Assembly: GCF_036588685.1 (NCBI RefSeq)
Contig: NC_086386.1
Location: forward strand, 1,054,001-1,118,000
Origin: Mytilus trossulus
Lineage: Eukaryota
Length of the DNA stretch: 64,000 bases
Direction of reading: 5' to 3'
This document shows positions 11,384-26,300 of this stretch, piece after piece; the first letter of the stretch is position 1; each line of letters opens with the position of its first letter. The notes below the pieces were generated by a model that saw nothing but the letters and a program-made list of their open reading frames with translations, did no database searches and was not told the origin of the DNA. The position numbers and the translations under genes were made by a program.

Positions 11384-14300
11384 CTAAAAAAAATCAATTT
11401 GTTTGATTAGATAAGATTGCATTTCAAATCAAACAAACTACATGTAATATTTACTTTGTTGTGCTAAGTCTTTAGTTTTCTATGTTGTGTCTTGTGTAAT
11501 ATTGTTTTTCTGTTTGTCTTTTTCTTTTTTTAGCCATGGCGTTGTCAGTTTACTTTCGATCTATGAGTTTGACTGTTCGCCCCTCTTCTATATGGTGATA
11601 ATAAAATGTAAGTTAACTGTTTTTCCATTAAAATGTTTAAGATAGATTAATTCGTGAAAAACCACCAGCCATATCGAGGAAATTAATCACTTGTCAAAGT
11701 CAAATCTTAACAGTAGTTTGTCACAAATAAGTCAGCCAGCATTTATCAATAAAATAAATATAATTATCTTTAAGTCAAGTTCAATACCAAAATATACAAT
11801 AATTGTATGGTAAAGATATAAAAAGAAATTACTTTACTAACCAAGTTTTCGAAACGATTTGTTTATCATGACAAAATGGACTATGATTGGCGAATCATCC
11901 TCTTTGAAGACGTATACTTCTTCATAATTTCCACCTTTGCATTTTTCCTTTATCGTATCTAGCTTTAAATTAGGGAAAGGAATACATCTTTTTCGTGCCC
12001 ATTCTTCCGCTTTTTCTAATTGCTTAAAAATGAAATACACCTTCACTTCACAATATAATTATCTTATTCATGAACATATTGATTCGACAGAAATATTTCT
12101 CATTCCTTGCATGTTGTTTTTCTGTATTGTGATTTGTATAATGGATGATGTTTACTCGCATGAATTTAGTTTAATCGTTTACCAATACTCATTGAGAGAC
12201 AGTAATGGAAAGAAAGCATCACACACACGATAGCTTGTTTCAATCATTTCTGGCTTTACATGTAAATCTACATGAAAATATCTGCATCATACATCATAAA
12301 ATGTGGTAACTCAAGATAGGTTGTGTGATATTAACGACACCAATGTTGGTACACAGTGACAACTAATTTGTTAATGCTTTAATAAGATGCGCAAACATTT
12401 TCTAATTATACTTAAAACACTGAATCGGTAGTCTTGATATATCAGTACATAATATACCGTTTTTTTACGAAGGCAACTCTTGCACGTCATAGTAAGAATT
12501 ATAAGTTGCTTTCATTAATCAGTAAATTTGGCACATACAGATGAATTAATTCTGGCCACATTTGTACTATACTATGATAAAAACATGCCAGTTCATAAAT
12601 CGGTAAATTTAGTTATTTATGAAGATTTGTAAAATAATTAGTACACAATTACTTCTTCAAAAACAGTTGTTATAAACAGGTGTATACGGGTCATAACACA
12701 TCCAAGTTAAAAAATATTGATAATCACTGCATAGCTCAATATCTTTTGAAACAAAATTGGTCAGCAAAAACAATAGTGAGAATTTAGGATTTTCTCTATT
12801 AATAGTGTGAACAATTATGATGCAACAATTCTTCGTACCCAACAGAGATAGTTGAATTTGTTTTTGTTAGAAATTTCTTTCCCTATAGTTCAATATCATG
12901 GAATGTATGGCAATACTATTGTTATCCCCAAGGAATTTTAACGGCCGCATGCATGAGCTGCATAACCGTTATTGAACTTGAGTCACAAATAACCACAGAT
13001 ACGTTACTATTTAAGTAGACATTCTTCCGTCATCTTTTACTCTTTTGTGACACAATTGATTGAATCTTAATACCAAATATGTCGTACCGTAACTAACACG
13101 GCGGGAGTCAAATGTGGAGCAGTATATATTTAATCTTTTTCAACCACCTGATATCGACGCCGATATTCGATTGTCATTTTCCTTGCTTCCTTTTAGTTTT
13201 TTTTTTATTTCATTTTTTTTGTGTTTTGCCGGACTCTTTTCAACTTATTTATGAAAATTGCGTTTCATGAAATTTCTTGCGTTAGCATAGCTTATACCAA
13301 AACATGTGAGAGTCAGAGGTGTATAAAAGTATAGAGATATACATATTTATTTCCAAAACGGACCTTGCTGAAATAGCCAAAGTAATAAAAGCTAATGATT
13401 TTTGAATTTCGAATTGTTATCATCATGCTAGTATGAACGTTATGTATCATAAACTATTTGAAAAACATACAAGTTCATTTACAAGTTAATTTCACGTTAA
13501 TCTGTTCTTTTCAATCAATTTCATTGTAACCTATATTTGGTTAATGTAATAACGGTTTAAGAATGTCCGTCTTTTTCAGTTGGTAATTATCTTATAGATG
13601 ATATTACAAGATACAATCATATTTTAAAACTTGCATTTTTTGCATGTAACTTTTGTGAACGGATGCAGCAGCTGATGCATTATCATCAATGAGGAAGGTT
13701 TAAGGGTTAGATTGGGGCAAATTACCATTGCTTTCTACCTTTTTACCTCATGAATAGATTACCTCAGCTGTATTTAGTAAAACTGTTAGGAATTGTAAGT
13801 CCCAAATACTCTTTAACTACGTTCTTTATTTGGCTTTTTTAATCTTTTTTGGATTCGAGCCTTACTGGTGAGTCTTTTGTAGACAAAACACACGTCTGCT
13901 GCAAATACAAACTTTCAATCCTGATAGCTATGATGATTATTCTAATAACGATTATGATACAACGATAATGGATGAGGTGTAGGATCAGGTTTTTTAATGA
14001 AAAGGACACTCTAGATTGTGTAAGACACGATTTCATCTAAGTGTAATACAAATAATATCTGCTTGAATAACAAATTATCAAAGCATACGAACTTGCAACA
14101 AAATCTCGCATTTATTTACTTTATAAAAGAAAAGAAAATTGCTAAATGGAGATGGGCTCCATTTACTTCAAATAATATACTATATTTACCCGAAACGGCC
14201 ATTCACTATCTGAACCACGGTAGCTGAAATCGAATGACAGAATGACATCCACTTTTCTTGAAGGATGCAGTACCGTTGGATATGGTGAATTGAATGCCAG

Positions 14301-17300
14301 ACCGGCGTCAACTAGCATCATGAAATCTTCTTTAAAGTCAATGAGGTCAGTTTTTGAATCTGAAATATAGAAATATGATAGAATTTATGCATGCGAATCT
14401 ATAGTTTATAGTTGTTGATGTGTTAATCTAAACTTATTTCAATACACATGGGCATGTTATCTTTTACGAAGGTTAAAAATTGAAGCAAGGACAAACAGAA
14501 ATATTAATCAACAATAATTGAATTAATCCAGCAAGGCTTGTTCAAGTAAAACCTATAATTTCGCCCGATAAAAAGAATTTGTTTATATCAATACCAAGCT
14601 ATTTATGTTGGAGTTCAGTGTTTCTGTTGTTTTCTCTTATAGTTAATCTTTTTTCGTTTGGTTGTAGTTCTGTAATATTATGTTGTCATTTCAATGTTAT
14701 ATTTAACTTTGCCATTAAAGTGCGAGGTTTGGCATGCCATAAAACCAGGTTCAACCCACCACTTTTATTCCCCTTTAAAAGTGTCCTGTACCAAGTCAGG
14801 AAGATGGCCATTGTTATATTATTGTTCGTTTCTGTGTGTGTTGCATTTTAACGTTGAGTCGTTTGTGTTTTCTCTTATTTTTGAGATAAGACGTGGCACG
14901 GTACTTGTCTATCCCAAATTCATGTATTTGGTTTTGATGTTATATTTTTTATTTCCGATGTGTTTTGTCTGATGCTTGGTCCGTTTCTGTGTGTGTTGCG
15001 TTTCGGTGTTGTGTCGTTGTTCTCCTCTTCCCTCGGTTTTGGTTAGTAACCCCGATTTAGTTTTTTGTCCATGGATTTATGAGTTTTGAACAGCGGTATA
15101 CTACCGTTGCCTTTATTTAAATTTGTAACCAGTTTTTTTATGGCTCAATCGAACTTTGACTTAAACATAGGTTTTTAATTTTGTTTTTGCTTTTAGTTAT
15201 ATTGTGATAAACTCTTGGCTAAATATAAAGAGAATACATCAAATGATAATCTAATATTAACAAAATCATTAATAAATGCCATAACATGCAAATGATTCCC
15301 TTCAAAAATGTGTTCTAAAGAACAGATAATACCAGAAAAATTTGACATTACGTTAAAAATGTAAAAAAAACCGGTAAAAGCAGACAAAGCACAACTGTCA
15401 CTGCCAGCAAATGAAGTAACAATTGCTAGATTTAATGTCATTAAAGGTTTAATCTTTATATATAAAACATAATAATATTTTTTGCTTCATTTGGATGTAA
15501 TAAATTACGTAAATACAAGTCTTTCGTATATATCTAGCATCGTTCAAGTAAAAGCACTATGAGAAGGCTTTTCTACCTCAGGCATAGATTTACCTTAGCT
15601 GTATTTGGCAAAACTTTTAGGAATTTTGGTCGTCAATGCTCTTTAACTTCGTACTTTATTTGGCCTTTTTAACTGTTTTGGATCCGAGCGTCACTGATGA
15701 GTCTTTTGTAGACGAAACGCGCGTCTGGCGTATCCTAAATTTAGTCCTGGTATCTATGATGAGTTTATTTAAAAGTCGGACGACATACTGATACTTTTTG
15801 ACACTGTTAATCAATTTGGAATTGCATAAATCCTATAGACATAAATTTCCAATAAATCCCAGTACAAAAAGATGTTTAAAAAAATTTAGGAACTTGAAAA
15901 ATAAACTTTTCTACATTTGATATAGGAAATCAAGGTGTCCCTTGAAAGTACGAGAATCATCTAAAGCTGTTTTCAGTAATAATAAGACTTAGAAGTGATG
16001 ACGGATATACAAACACAGTCATTGGTGTTGGGCACTATCTTTTAGTTTTACTCTTAAAATAATGTCAAACATTAATACTTTATAAGATAAGAATGTGCAG
16101 TTAACGTTAACATTGCCATATAATTGTTTTGGTAGATTATATAAAAAAAGAATATGTGGTTTGATTGCCAATGACACAACTTTTTACATGAGACCAGATG
16201 ACACAGACATTAACAGCTGTATGTTACCCTATGGCCTTCTTCAATTAAATAAGCTCGTACCGCATAGTCAGCTTAAAAAGATTCCGAAATGACAAATGTA
16301 AAACAATTCACAACAGAGAAACAAATCACATCCACTGAAAAACATGATCCTGACTTAGGAAAGGCACATACATACACTAGTATTGATTGTCCCTTTGGTA
16401 TATTTCGCATATTTCCTATTGTTGCTTGTCTGTTGTCGATGATGGAACATGACTCATATGTCTTAATTTATTTTATTGCTCAATTGATGTCTTCGTCATC
16501 TATCCCCTACATCCCATGTATACTTAAAGATAGAGTACAAACTATAAAACAAATCATACAATCTCCTCTCATAACATACAACCAATTATACATTTTGTCA
16601 AGAAAAAGCTTAAGAATTTTTCATGGTTGAGTTAAAATGTAAAGACAATCGATAATAAAATAACTTGTTTTCTAATATAAGGATTTACCTGGTCCATGGA
16701 AAAGTGGTTCATCCACTGATATTCCACGTAACCAATTAGGAACTTTTCCAACAAACTTTTTATCAAACTCGCTGAACATGGGCCGCATCATATCCTTGAC
16801 AGAACTGTATACTAATCTGTGTTTCATTTAAAAAAAACCATCATAGGATCTATTAGGGACAAAATGATACAAGCAAGGACATAGATACGCTTTTAGACCT
16901 CAGCTTATATTATTTATTTAAGGAAGGACTGTAATATTTTTTCTGTCTATGAAGAAATAACATAAGAATATGGTCACACTGAATAACCCGCGAATAGGCA
17001 GATAAAATATTACAGAAATTTTTTTGAATAATTCTAAATTCCATTTTAAACCGAAGTAAACCATTAAAAAACGTCACGGTCACATGACTAAATTTTGTCT
17101 ATGAGCCGATTAACAAACCGACGTCAGCCAATCAGAAGACACGTTACGTCCAAAATTAAATTATACATACATATATGAATGAAGTTAAGGTTTGTAATAA
17201 TACGACGCGTTATGTTTTTTTGTCAATATGTTTACGATTTTGTTAACGATGAAGGCTAAGTGAAATAACAGAGCCTTCATCGGTTAGTCGCTGTTAAATG

Positions 17301-20300
17301 TGGTAAGTAAGGATCATCCAACTTTTATAAGGTAAACTTGATGTGTATCTTATAAAAGAGAGCTAAAATCTGTCGATAACATTGCATATATTTCAAAGCA
17401 GAACGTCCAAAAATGATGATTTAAAAACTAATGCATACACCAATTGGACATGGTACAATATGTTGTCTATATGTCCGATTTTGTTAAGGTTAAAATTATT
17501 GCAACATTGGATATTTTTCTTTTTTCTTTTGTTTTAAATATATGTAAGTAGGAATTTAACTGATGAAAATGGTAGCTTTACATGCTGTCCCTAAAATATA
17601 GTATAATCTGTTAATACAATGTACTTATTTGTTAATACTATTGTTACAATACCTGCAAAGGTTCCATGGATTCTCTACAATAAAAAAAAGTTCTTTCAAG
17701 AATATGAAAAATTATTCCGTTTCAGACCTTTCTTATTTTTTTTATTTTTTTTCATTTTAACCTTTTTAAATGCATATCAATGTTATTTTAATCATAGTTT
17801 ATTTTTTTGTTTTTAAAAGTCTTTAACTTCATAATTTAATTAACTCAATTGTAACTGTTGAATCTTTTGTAGCGATGCATGGGTTAATTATTCATAAACT
17901 TATATCCTGGGATATGTGATAATGTTTTTTTTCAAATTAAGTATAATTTTAAGTCTTTTTTTTCTCGTATCGGTCTTTATAGTATTCCAAAGTTATGCAA
18001 ATTATTGACAACCAAAATAATTAAACGTTCTTTCCCGTCGATGAATTTGATAGGTCAATCATCAAATCATTTATTAAATAAATGCAGTAGTAGAATACTG
18101 CTATTCGAAAGTCCTAAATCGATTGAGAGAAAACAAAACCAGGTTACTAAATCTGAGGGAAACATTAAATATAAGAAGAAAACAACGAAACAACAGAAAC
18201 ACTAAAATGCAACAAGACAAAACGACAATGCACACACATAGAATGAACTATGAGACAGCAATTGCCATTTTCCTAACTTGGTACAGGCCACTTTAAGAAA
18301 AAAAAAGGTGGGTTGAACCTGGTTTTGTGGCATGCCAAAAATCCCGCTTTAATTATGTTGTCATTTCAATTTTATATTTAACATTGCCATTAAGGTGGGA
18401 GGTTTAGCATGCCACAAAACCAGGGTCAATCCACCATATTTTCCTTTGAAAAAGGTCCTGTACCAAGTCAGGAAGATGGCCATTGTTATATTATTGTTCG
18501 TTACTGTGTGTGTTACATTTTAAAGTTGCGTCGTATGTTTTCTCTTTTTTTTTAGTGTAAATTCACATTGCGATAAGACGTGTCACGGTACTTGTCTATC
18601 CCAAATTCATGTATTTGGTTTTGATGTTATATTTGTTATTCTCGTGGGATATTGTCTGATGCCTGGTCCGTGTCTGTGTGTGTTACATTTCAGTGTTGTG
18701 TCGTTGTTCTCCTCTTATATTTAATGCGTTTCCCTCGGTTTTAGTTTGTTACCCCGATTTTGTTTTTTGTCCATGGATTTATGAGTTTTGAACAGCGGTA
18801 TACTACTGTTGCCTTTATTTATGGCAATGTTAAATATAACATTAAAATTACAACATTACATGATAATACTACAATACGAATACATGAGAGAACATATAGG
18901 ACAGAGAAACACACAAATAATAGCTAACAGAAGGTACAGTAAAACCTGTATAAACCTACCGGCTACGGGACTATGAAAAAGGGCCGATTTGGACTGTGAG
19001 CCGGTTTATTCAGGTTTCCGTTTAATCGGAAGTTAATGACTTGTGACGTCCGACATTTTGCATGTAAAAATTCTCTCTGATTGTTAAATATATCTGATAA
19101 ATTAAAATACTTTCACTTCGTTTTTCATTGTTTGCATTTGCATCATAATGCTCGTGTTGTTTGGATTGTAAGACGAGAGTTTTGATTTACTTCCATGATC
19201 AATAATTTGAAATGTTGGAATGGCCGATTAAAAGGCCAGAATATTATCAATCGTAATTTCATCACTTTAATTATCAAGGTCATTTCTTTAGGGGTTCACA
19301 ACAGGGAACCCAGGATTTTGAAATCACGATGTGAATTTCTTACTTCGCGATTTTAATTTTTTTTATCCAAGTTAAAACGTATGTTCAATCAGAGATATAT
19401 TCGGTGTGTCTTTTCCTTTAATTGACACTTTTATAATGTTTTAATAAATAATACAGCTCACTACTGTACGATTGTAGGTTCACAGTTTTACACCTGACTA
19501 ATTGATTATCAATTATGTTTTGATTTCATATCGATCATTGAAATTAATTAGACAAAGCGGTTTGACAGGTAATAATTAATGTAATAAAGAGTATTGGGAC
19601 TTCATAATTAGACCGGAATTCGGAATACACAAGGTCCGGTTTACAAAGGGTATTTTTAACAAAGACTTTGCATGGAAAAAATATGGGACTTTCATTTTCG
19701 GCTGGCATGGACAGGAAACCGGTTTATTCAGGGTCCGGTTTAATCAAGTTTGACTGTACCAGGTTTAAAATATAATACGCCAGACGTACGTTTCGTCCAC
19801 ACAAGACTTACCAGTGACGCTCAGACGAAAAAAAATCGAAAGCCAAAACAAGTACAAAGTTGAAGAGCACTGATGATCAAAAGTTCAAAAAAGTTGTGCC
19901 CAATAAGACAGGGGTTATCTGCCTAGGATAAAAACATCCTTATTATTAAGAATAATTCATATTTTTACAAACAGTAAATATCATAGGAAAACATAACTAT
20001 ATGATAGATATACATGATAAAACTGAAGTGGTGACTAACTACACAATAAAAACAGATGCGTTACATAAAACAACCTGATCCAGCACGTGAAAAATACACA
20101 GCCGGGTTAATCAAAGCCTCAACGCAATCTTTTGAACATATCTTAAATGCCTGTAGTCACTTTCGATAAAAAATCATTTTAAAACTATTAACATTATGTC
20201 AGTCGATTGAGATCTGACAACAGTTAGCATACAGTTTCTGACTTCATATACCTATGTCATGCTGTCCTTCATGTTTTAAAACTCCGTTAATATTGTAAGA

Positions 20301-23300
20301 ATACGTAACTTACCTGCTTGCATAATATTTTCTGCTATTTTCGTCTCATTAACACACATTCCTAGGAAAAAATGCCTATTTGTAAATATTGAACTATAAT
20401 GTGCTATATATACTAAGATATATCAAAGAGTTATATGTAGATATAGGAAGATGTCGTATGAGTGCTATTGAGACAACTCTCCATCCAAGTCACAATTTAT
20501 AATAGTAAACCGTTATGGGTCAAGGTAAGACATGTTTTCAAATGATTATGCGTTTTCTGTTGCAGGTTTCCTTGACGATAACAATTAATATTTTTTTTTG
20601 TTGTGAATCAACGTATGTCAAGAACAATTTTAACTGAACTTTTGAAAGCCAGTCGCTAGGAGTGACAACAAGAGGCTCTCAAAAGCCGGAATGACTAACC
20701 TGTATTTCAGATGAGAATGATGGCGACCACGTTTGTCGGTGGATCAAAACATCGGATACAATATATAAAAAAGGTACTACCCTAAGGAACACTTAGTTAA
20801 AGTTTAAAGCTATTTGGCCCAGTAGTTTCAGAGTAGAAGATTTTTAAATAGTTAACGAAGACAGACAACGACCGACTCCAAGTGATGGCTTAAGCTCACA
20901 TGGGGCCATTTGGACCTTGGAGCAAAACGAGTAACTGGTATCTCAAAGAAAACTCGAATGCATTAAGGTAAACATATTCGTTAGCAGATTTTACCTTGAA
21001 ATAACCACCGATCCACTACATCCCATCCCCTTTGTTTTTGGTGAAGGTTTGTGTTGCGTATTCTTTTATTTTCTGTCTTGTGTTTTGTATACTTTTTTTC
21101 ATATTTTTCATTTTTTCTTTTTCGTTTTTATCATGATGTTTTCAGTTTCAACCTTGTATCCAATATATTCTGTCTGACCGTTAATGCTAATGCCTTCCAT
21201 GATCGATATATAATTATGATTAGAGATACACATGGTAGGGGTATATGGCCAATACCTTAACTTTTTTTTTCTAATAAATGTGTTATACATTCCATTAGGT
21301 GAGAAGGATATAAAAAAAGTGGCATAGTTAACATTTCAGCATTAAACTATTAATGAAAATTTTATCTTTATATGAAAATTGCAGATTGTGTGTATAATTT
21401 GATTTGGAAAACACGTCTTCTGATTGGCTAAACGTGTTTTGTCTATCAGCTCAAATCCATATTTTTTCATGTTTTGCTTAACAGGTTATTCAATGTGCAC
21501 CATTTGACTATTTATTCATAGACAGACAAAAAAATCTTATAGTCATTCCTTGAAGATTTTAAAATTTGGTGTGTTTCTGATAAAACAAAAACAGACTTTG
21601 TCCACAGCAGTTTTAATCTTACTTTCTTTTTAGCACACATTGTTAGAAGAAATGGATTAAATAATGTTAATATAGAAACGCTTAAACCTGAGCTGATGAT
21701 ATCCTCAGAAACTGACAATTAATAACAAGAAAATCTTTTGAATTTGAGATACTTTAATAGTAGTATGTGATTTAATTTTGCAATACACTAACAAGTGTAT
21801 TTTGATTTGAAATCAGAAATTTATAAATTATCCAATTTGTGGAATATTAGATAACTATGGGATAAAAAAAAAACCTTCTGTTTGTGAGATAAAGTCTCTA
21901 TTGTATATCATACTATTACCTATAGCTACTTAATTGAGTCATTGTTCATATAAATATCGTGAGTATTTCGTGTTTATAACTTTTCACTAGAATCTCATAT
22001 TCCTTATTTTTTCTATTTTTGTTTTATTTTTTTGGCGTTTGTAAGTTTTGATTCTATGTGCTTGCATGATTTACCTGCTGGTCTTAAATTTCTTAGAACT
22101 GCATACCCACTCCCACACATTCCTATGTAAAACAAATGCCGTATTATAAATATACACTTTACAGACTAAATTCTATTTGGTTACAATGTGCTGAACTCTC
22201 TTTGAATCGTTTGTTATTAGACGGCTTTGGTTGTTTTTGAAGTTTTTGAAGACAATAATGAAATGATGCACATTTTTATAAAAACAGTTGCCTATATATT
22301 AGTTGCATGTGCTTAAATTAATGTCCAATCAGATTTCTTTTCTTGGCTTCTTTTAATGTTATGCTCCCAATTATCATATATCAAACAAAATCTTATCATT
22401 ACATCATATAACCCTGCAACTTTTCTGCATCTTTGTCGCGTACATGTTGTACATATACTATTTCATGAAATTAGACGCTAAAAATCATTTCTTTTTTTAA
22501 TATGAATCATATGTATAGACCTAACAGTTCTCCTAAGACTGGAGAAAAGTGTTGATTTTTTTATTTCGATTAAAGTGAACATTCACTGAAAATTGAAACA
22601 TGGGTTACGCAACCAGTGCTAAAAGAAGATCAACATTCTTTAAATCCTTCTTCCGTTACCCACAGTCAAAAGATTTAACCCTTACCCTGATTTATATTTA
22701 ACCAATGGTTATATTATATTGAGAGATGAACAACTCGAATACTATACGGCATAAGTTTTGCTCAAATCGAACGGTGTTTAATATCATTGATAGACAGATG
22801 TCTCATTGACCATCTGATTATATTTCGTATTCATACGATGACTTTATCATGTAGCAGGTACCATTTAAAAAATGTATTGTCTTTTCTTCGCCTTCCTCCA
22901 TAGCAAATCCTCCATAAAATGTATCACCGAATTTCTCCATGTCAATAGCAGCGCCATATTTCGGGATGAATACCTCATATGGTGAAAATTCAATCCATTC
23001 TGCAATATTCAAAATGATTAAAAAATATATTGTTGAATATTGATTACACAATATATATTATAGATTTAATGAAAAATTCAAAACCTCACATCAGACTACT
23101 TCTGAGGCCATGTTCACACCAAACGTCGCATACTGTCAAAATGTTTTAAATTAGTTTCATGTAATAAACAGTGGTTTCACATAAAATAAGTTCTCATCTG
23201 TGCATCGGTTTAATAACCTGTAAATGAGAATCTAATAAGTTTAATTAGAGTGGTTATTGAGACTGATGCTGCGCTAGTATCGATGTTAAGCATTGTAGAA

Positions 23301-26300
23301 ATTGCACATCTAAATGTCCTTGAAGTTTCTGCTATTATCTTTGTTTTCTATCCCATGTCTTGAAATCCGTTTCATCTTTTCAAACTTTCATATTCATACA
23401 TTTGGTAAAGCCTAATAATTAAACATAAGAAATTATATTGTTCAATGCAGCATGATTATAAACCCTTTTTGAATTTGCCGATAAACTTATTTCAAAACGC
23501 GGAACTTGGTTGTTGATCATTCACGCGCAGAACAAACTGCTGAACTTGTTTGTTGACTGAACAATATCGTGATATCCATTTGTTTGATAAGTAACTTTTC
23601 AGATAATTCGGTATTTTTGTGATTTTACTTTTAATTGTATATTAACTATAATAACTCACTAATTGTATATTACTATGTGTTTTCTTATGTCACAGTGTAT
23701 TCTGAATGCACCAACTTTTAAAGAAATTTGTTTTAATTGAAACTCATTGATATATTTCTCTAGTGATCTCTTTATACGTGCTTGTGCTATAGTTATGATG
23801 ATTCTAATGATAATATCTTAGCTTTACTGTAGAAGACTTATTTTCTCGAGTTGTGTGTTTTTGCAAGAAAACGCTCATCGTTAAAATGTATAACTCAGAT
23901 CTACTCGTCTGGGAACAAAACAACAACATAAGAAAATAGCGACACTATGTCGACTCAAAATAGGACAGAATGGGTTTAACAAGAAAAAAAGTATCATCGA
24001 AAATATTGTGTAACAGTACTAGTATTTTAATAGTTGCACATAATACCGGTTCATTTTGATCGTATCATTTCAATCACTTACGACAGGAATCACATGACTT
24101 AACCATGTTGTACATGAATTTAACCATGACACTAATGAACCAAACCATGACACCGAATTTTCTGTAATCTTAAATTGTGTGTAAGTGTAGGTTTATGTGG
24201 GAATAGTTGATTGCGGATTTATACAATAACGAAATATGGAATGTAACAGACATTAAATAAATAACTCTACTTTATGCATTAGAAACGAACAACAACTTAT
24301 AAGTTTTGACATACGCAAGCATTAGTGTGTGTCACATTATAACTATATGATGAAAACGTCAATGTTCTAACAAATAAGCAATAAACAAAGATACTTAACA
24401 GCTTGCATTGATATTCAGAGGTTCCTTTAGCGAAACATCAGAATGTTTATATTGTGTCATTGATTGTCAATAAAACCTCTTAACACAACAATGTCTAACT
24501 TAACCAAACTATGACAAAATCACTGTGCTAAACGCCCCTCGACATGACGACCTTACTACCCTTGGTAATATGCAATGGAAAATAAAACTAATTATGCAGA
24601 ATATACAATTTCGTCAAGTCAATCCCCTGGTTAATTCGACGATTAACATACGTTATACTCCTATATTTAATAGTTATACTATATTGGACAGTTGTAAACA
24701 ACTAGATACTAGTGTAATAGAGAATGCCTGTAAAGCTAAAGCAGAAAATTGTAAACAAATGTAATGTGAAACTCTCTTTGAATCGTTTGTTATTAGACGG
24801 CTTTGGCTGTTTTTAAAGTCAATTTGTGTTAAATACACACATAGTGTTGATCACTCTCTGACGTGTATTATACTCCTATATTTAACAAGTATACTATATA
24901 GGACAGTTGTAAACAACTAGATACTAGTGCAATAGAGAATTTGTTAATGCTAAAGAAAAGCCCCCTTTGCAATTCCGATAAATGGACGATATATGAAATT
25001 TAATAGCGAAAAAAATGTTATCTAGTTCATAACATGGCAGTATGTGTGTGAATACGTTTCCAAGTGAATAATTTATATTAATTTGTTGGTTTTGTACTTA
25101 TTCATCTTGGCATTGTATTAGTAAGCTATGGTAAATGTTAAAGGTAAAGCTTGCTATAAAACCAGGTTTATTCTACTTTGTCTTCTTACGAAAATGCCTG
25201 TTCTGAGACAGTTACATGACAGTTGTTGTTCTTTCATTTGGTTTGTATGAACTTTTGATTTTGACATTAGATTAGGGACTTTCAATTTTGAATTTTCCTA
25301 GGTATTTTTGTCATATTACTTTTTACCATGATAATCTTCAATTGATTTCTCTTCACGAACATGCAGAGCAGCTATCAACGGTAAAGGCATGGAACCGTTT
25401 TTCAGTTTTTTTGCCTGTTCACTCCAAGGGACATTCTGTTAATAAATATGTCTTTATCAATATGTGATAATTGTTTAATCGCAATACTTGTCTATTATAC
25501 ACTTTTACATGATACATCTCATATTTATAACATACGGATAAATAAAACAGAAAGGCGTGTTTTCTAAATTGCATACAGTATATTGTATACAGAATATCGG
25601 TTATGTTCCTTACGTCGTAATTACAATCCCTGTCACTTTTCATGAATGTGACCTACTGATTTAGACTATTTACCGGGTTTGTATTTAAATGAGCAACACG
25701 ACGGATGCCACATTTGGAGCAGAATTTGTTCACTCTTCTGGAGCACCTGAGATTATCCCCAGTTTTTGGTGGGGTTTGTGTTGCTTAGTCTTTAGTTTTA
25801 ATTTCTATGTTGTATCTTGTGTACTATAATGTGTCTGTTTGTCTTTTTTTCATTTTTAACCATTCCGTTGTCAGTTTATTTACGATCTACTAGTTTGACT
25901 GTCTCTCTGGTATCTTTCGCCTCTCTTTTGAATAATTCTTGACCCAAAATTAACACGAAGAAACAACAATGAATAAATGACGAAAAACAAAAGACTCAGA
26001 AGTATTGAAATGCGGTATTATTACCAACGAGACAGCTATTAACGAGAGACAAATCGCAATTTGGCGAGTAAAAAAATACCGCGAATTAAGATCATAGCGA
26101 CTATATAAAACTATGATCTTTCCTTTTCTGATGGCATCAAACAAATTTGAAAATCGAGAAATTATATTGCCGCCAAATTTGCTGGTAAGGGCTAAAGGAG
26201 AAATGAAATAGCCGCGAGAATGAGTTGGTTTAGGGTTTATCAAAAAGTTTTCAAAAGTCAAAGAATATCTCAATAGAGTTGGCTTTAATAAGATTGTATC

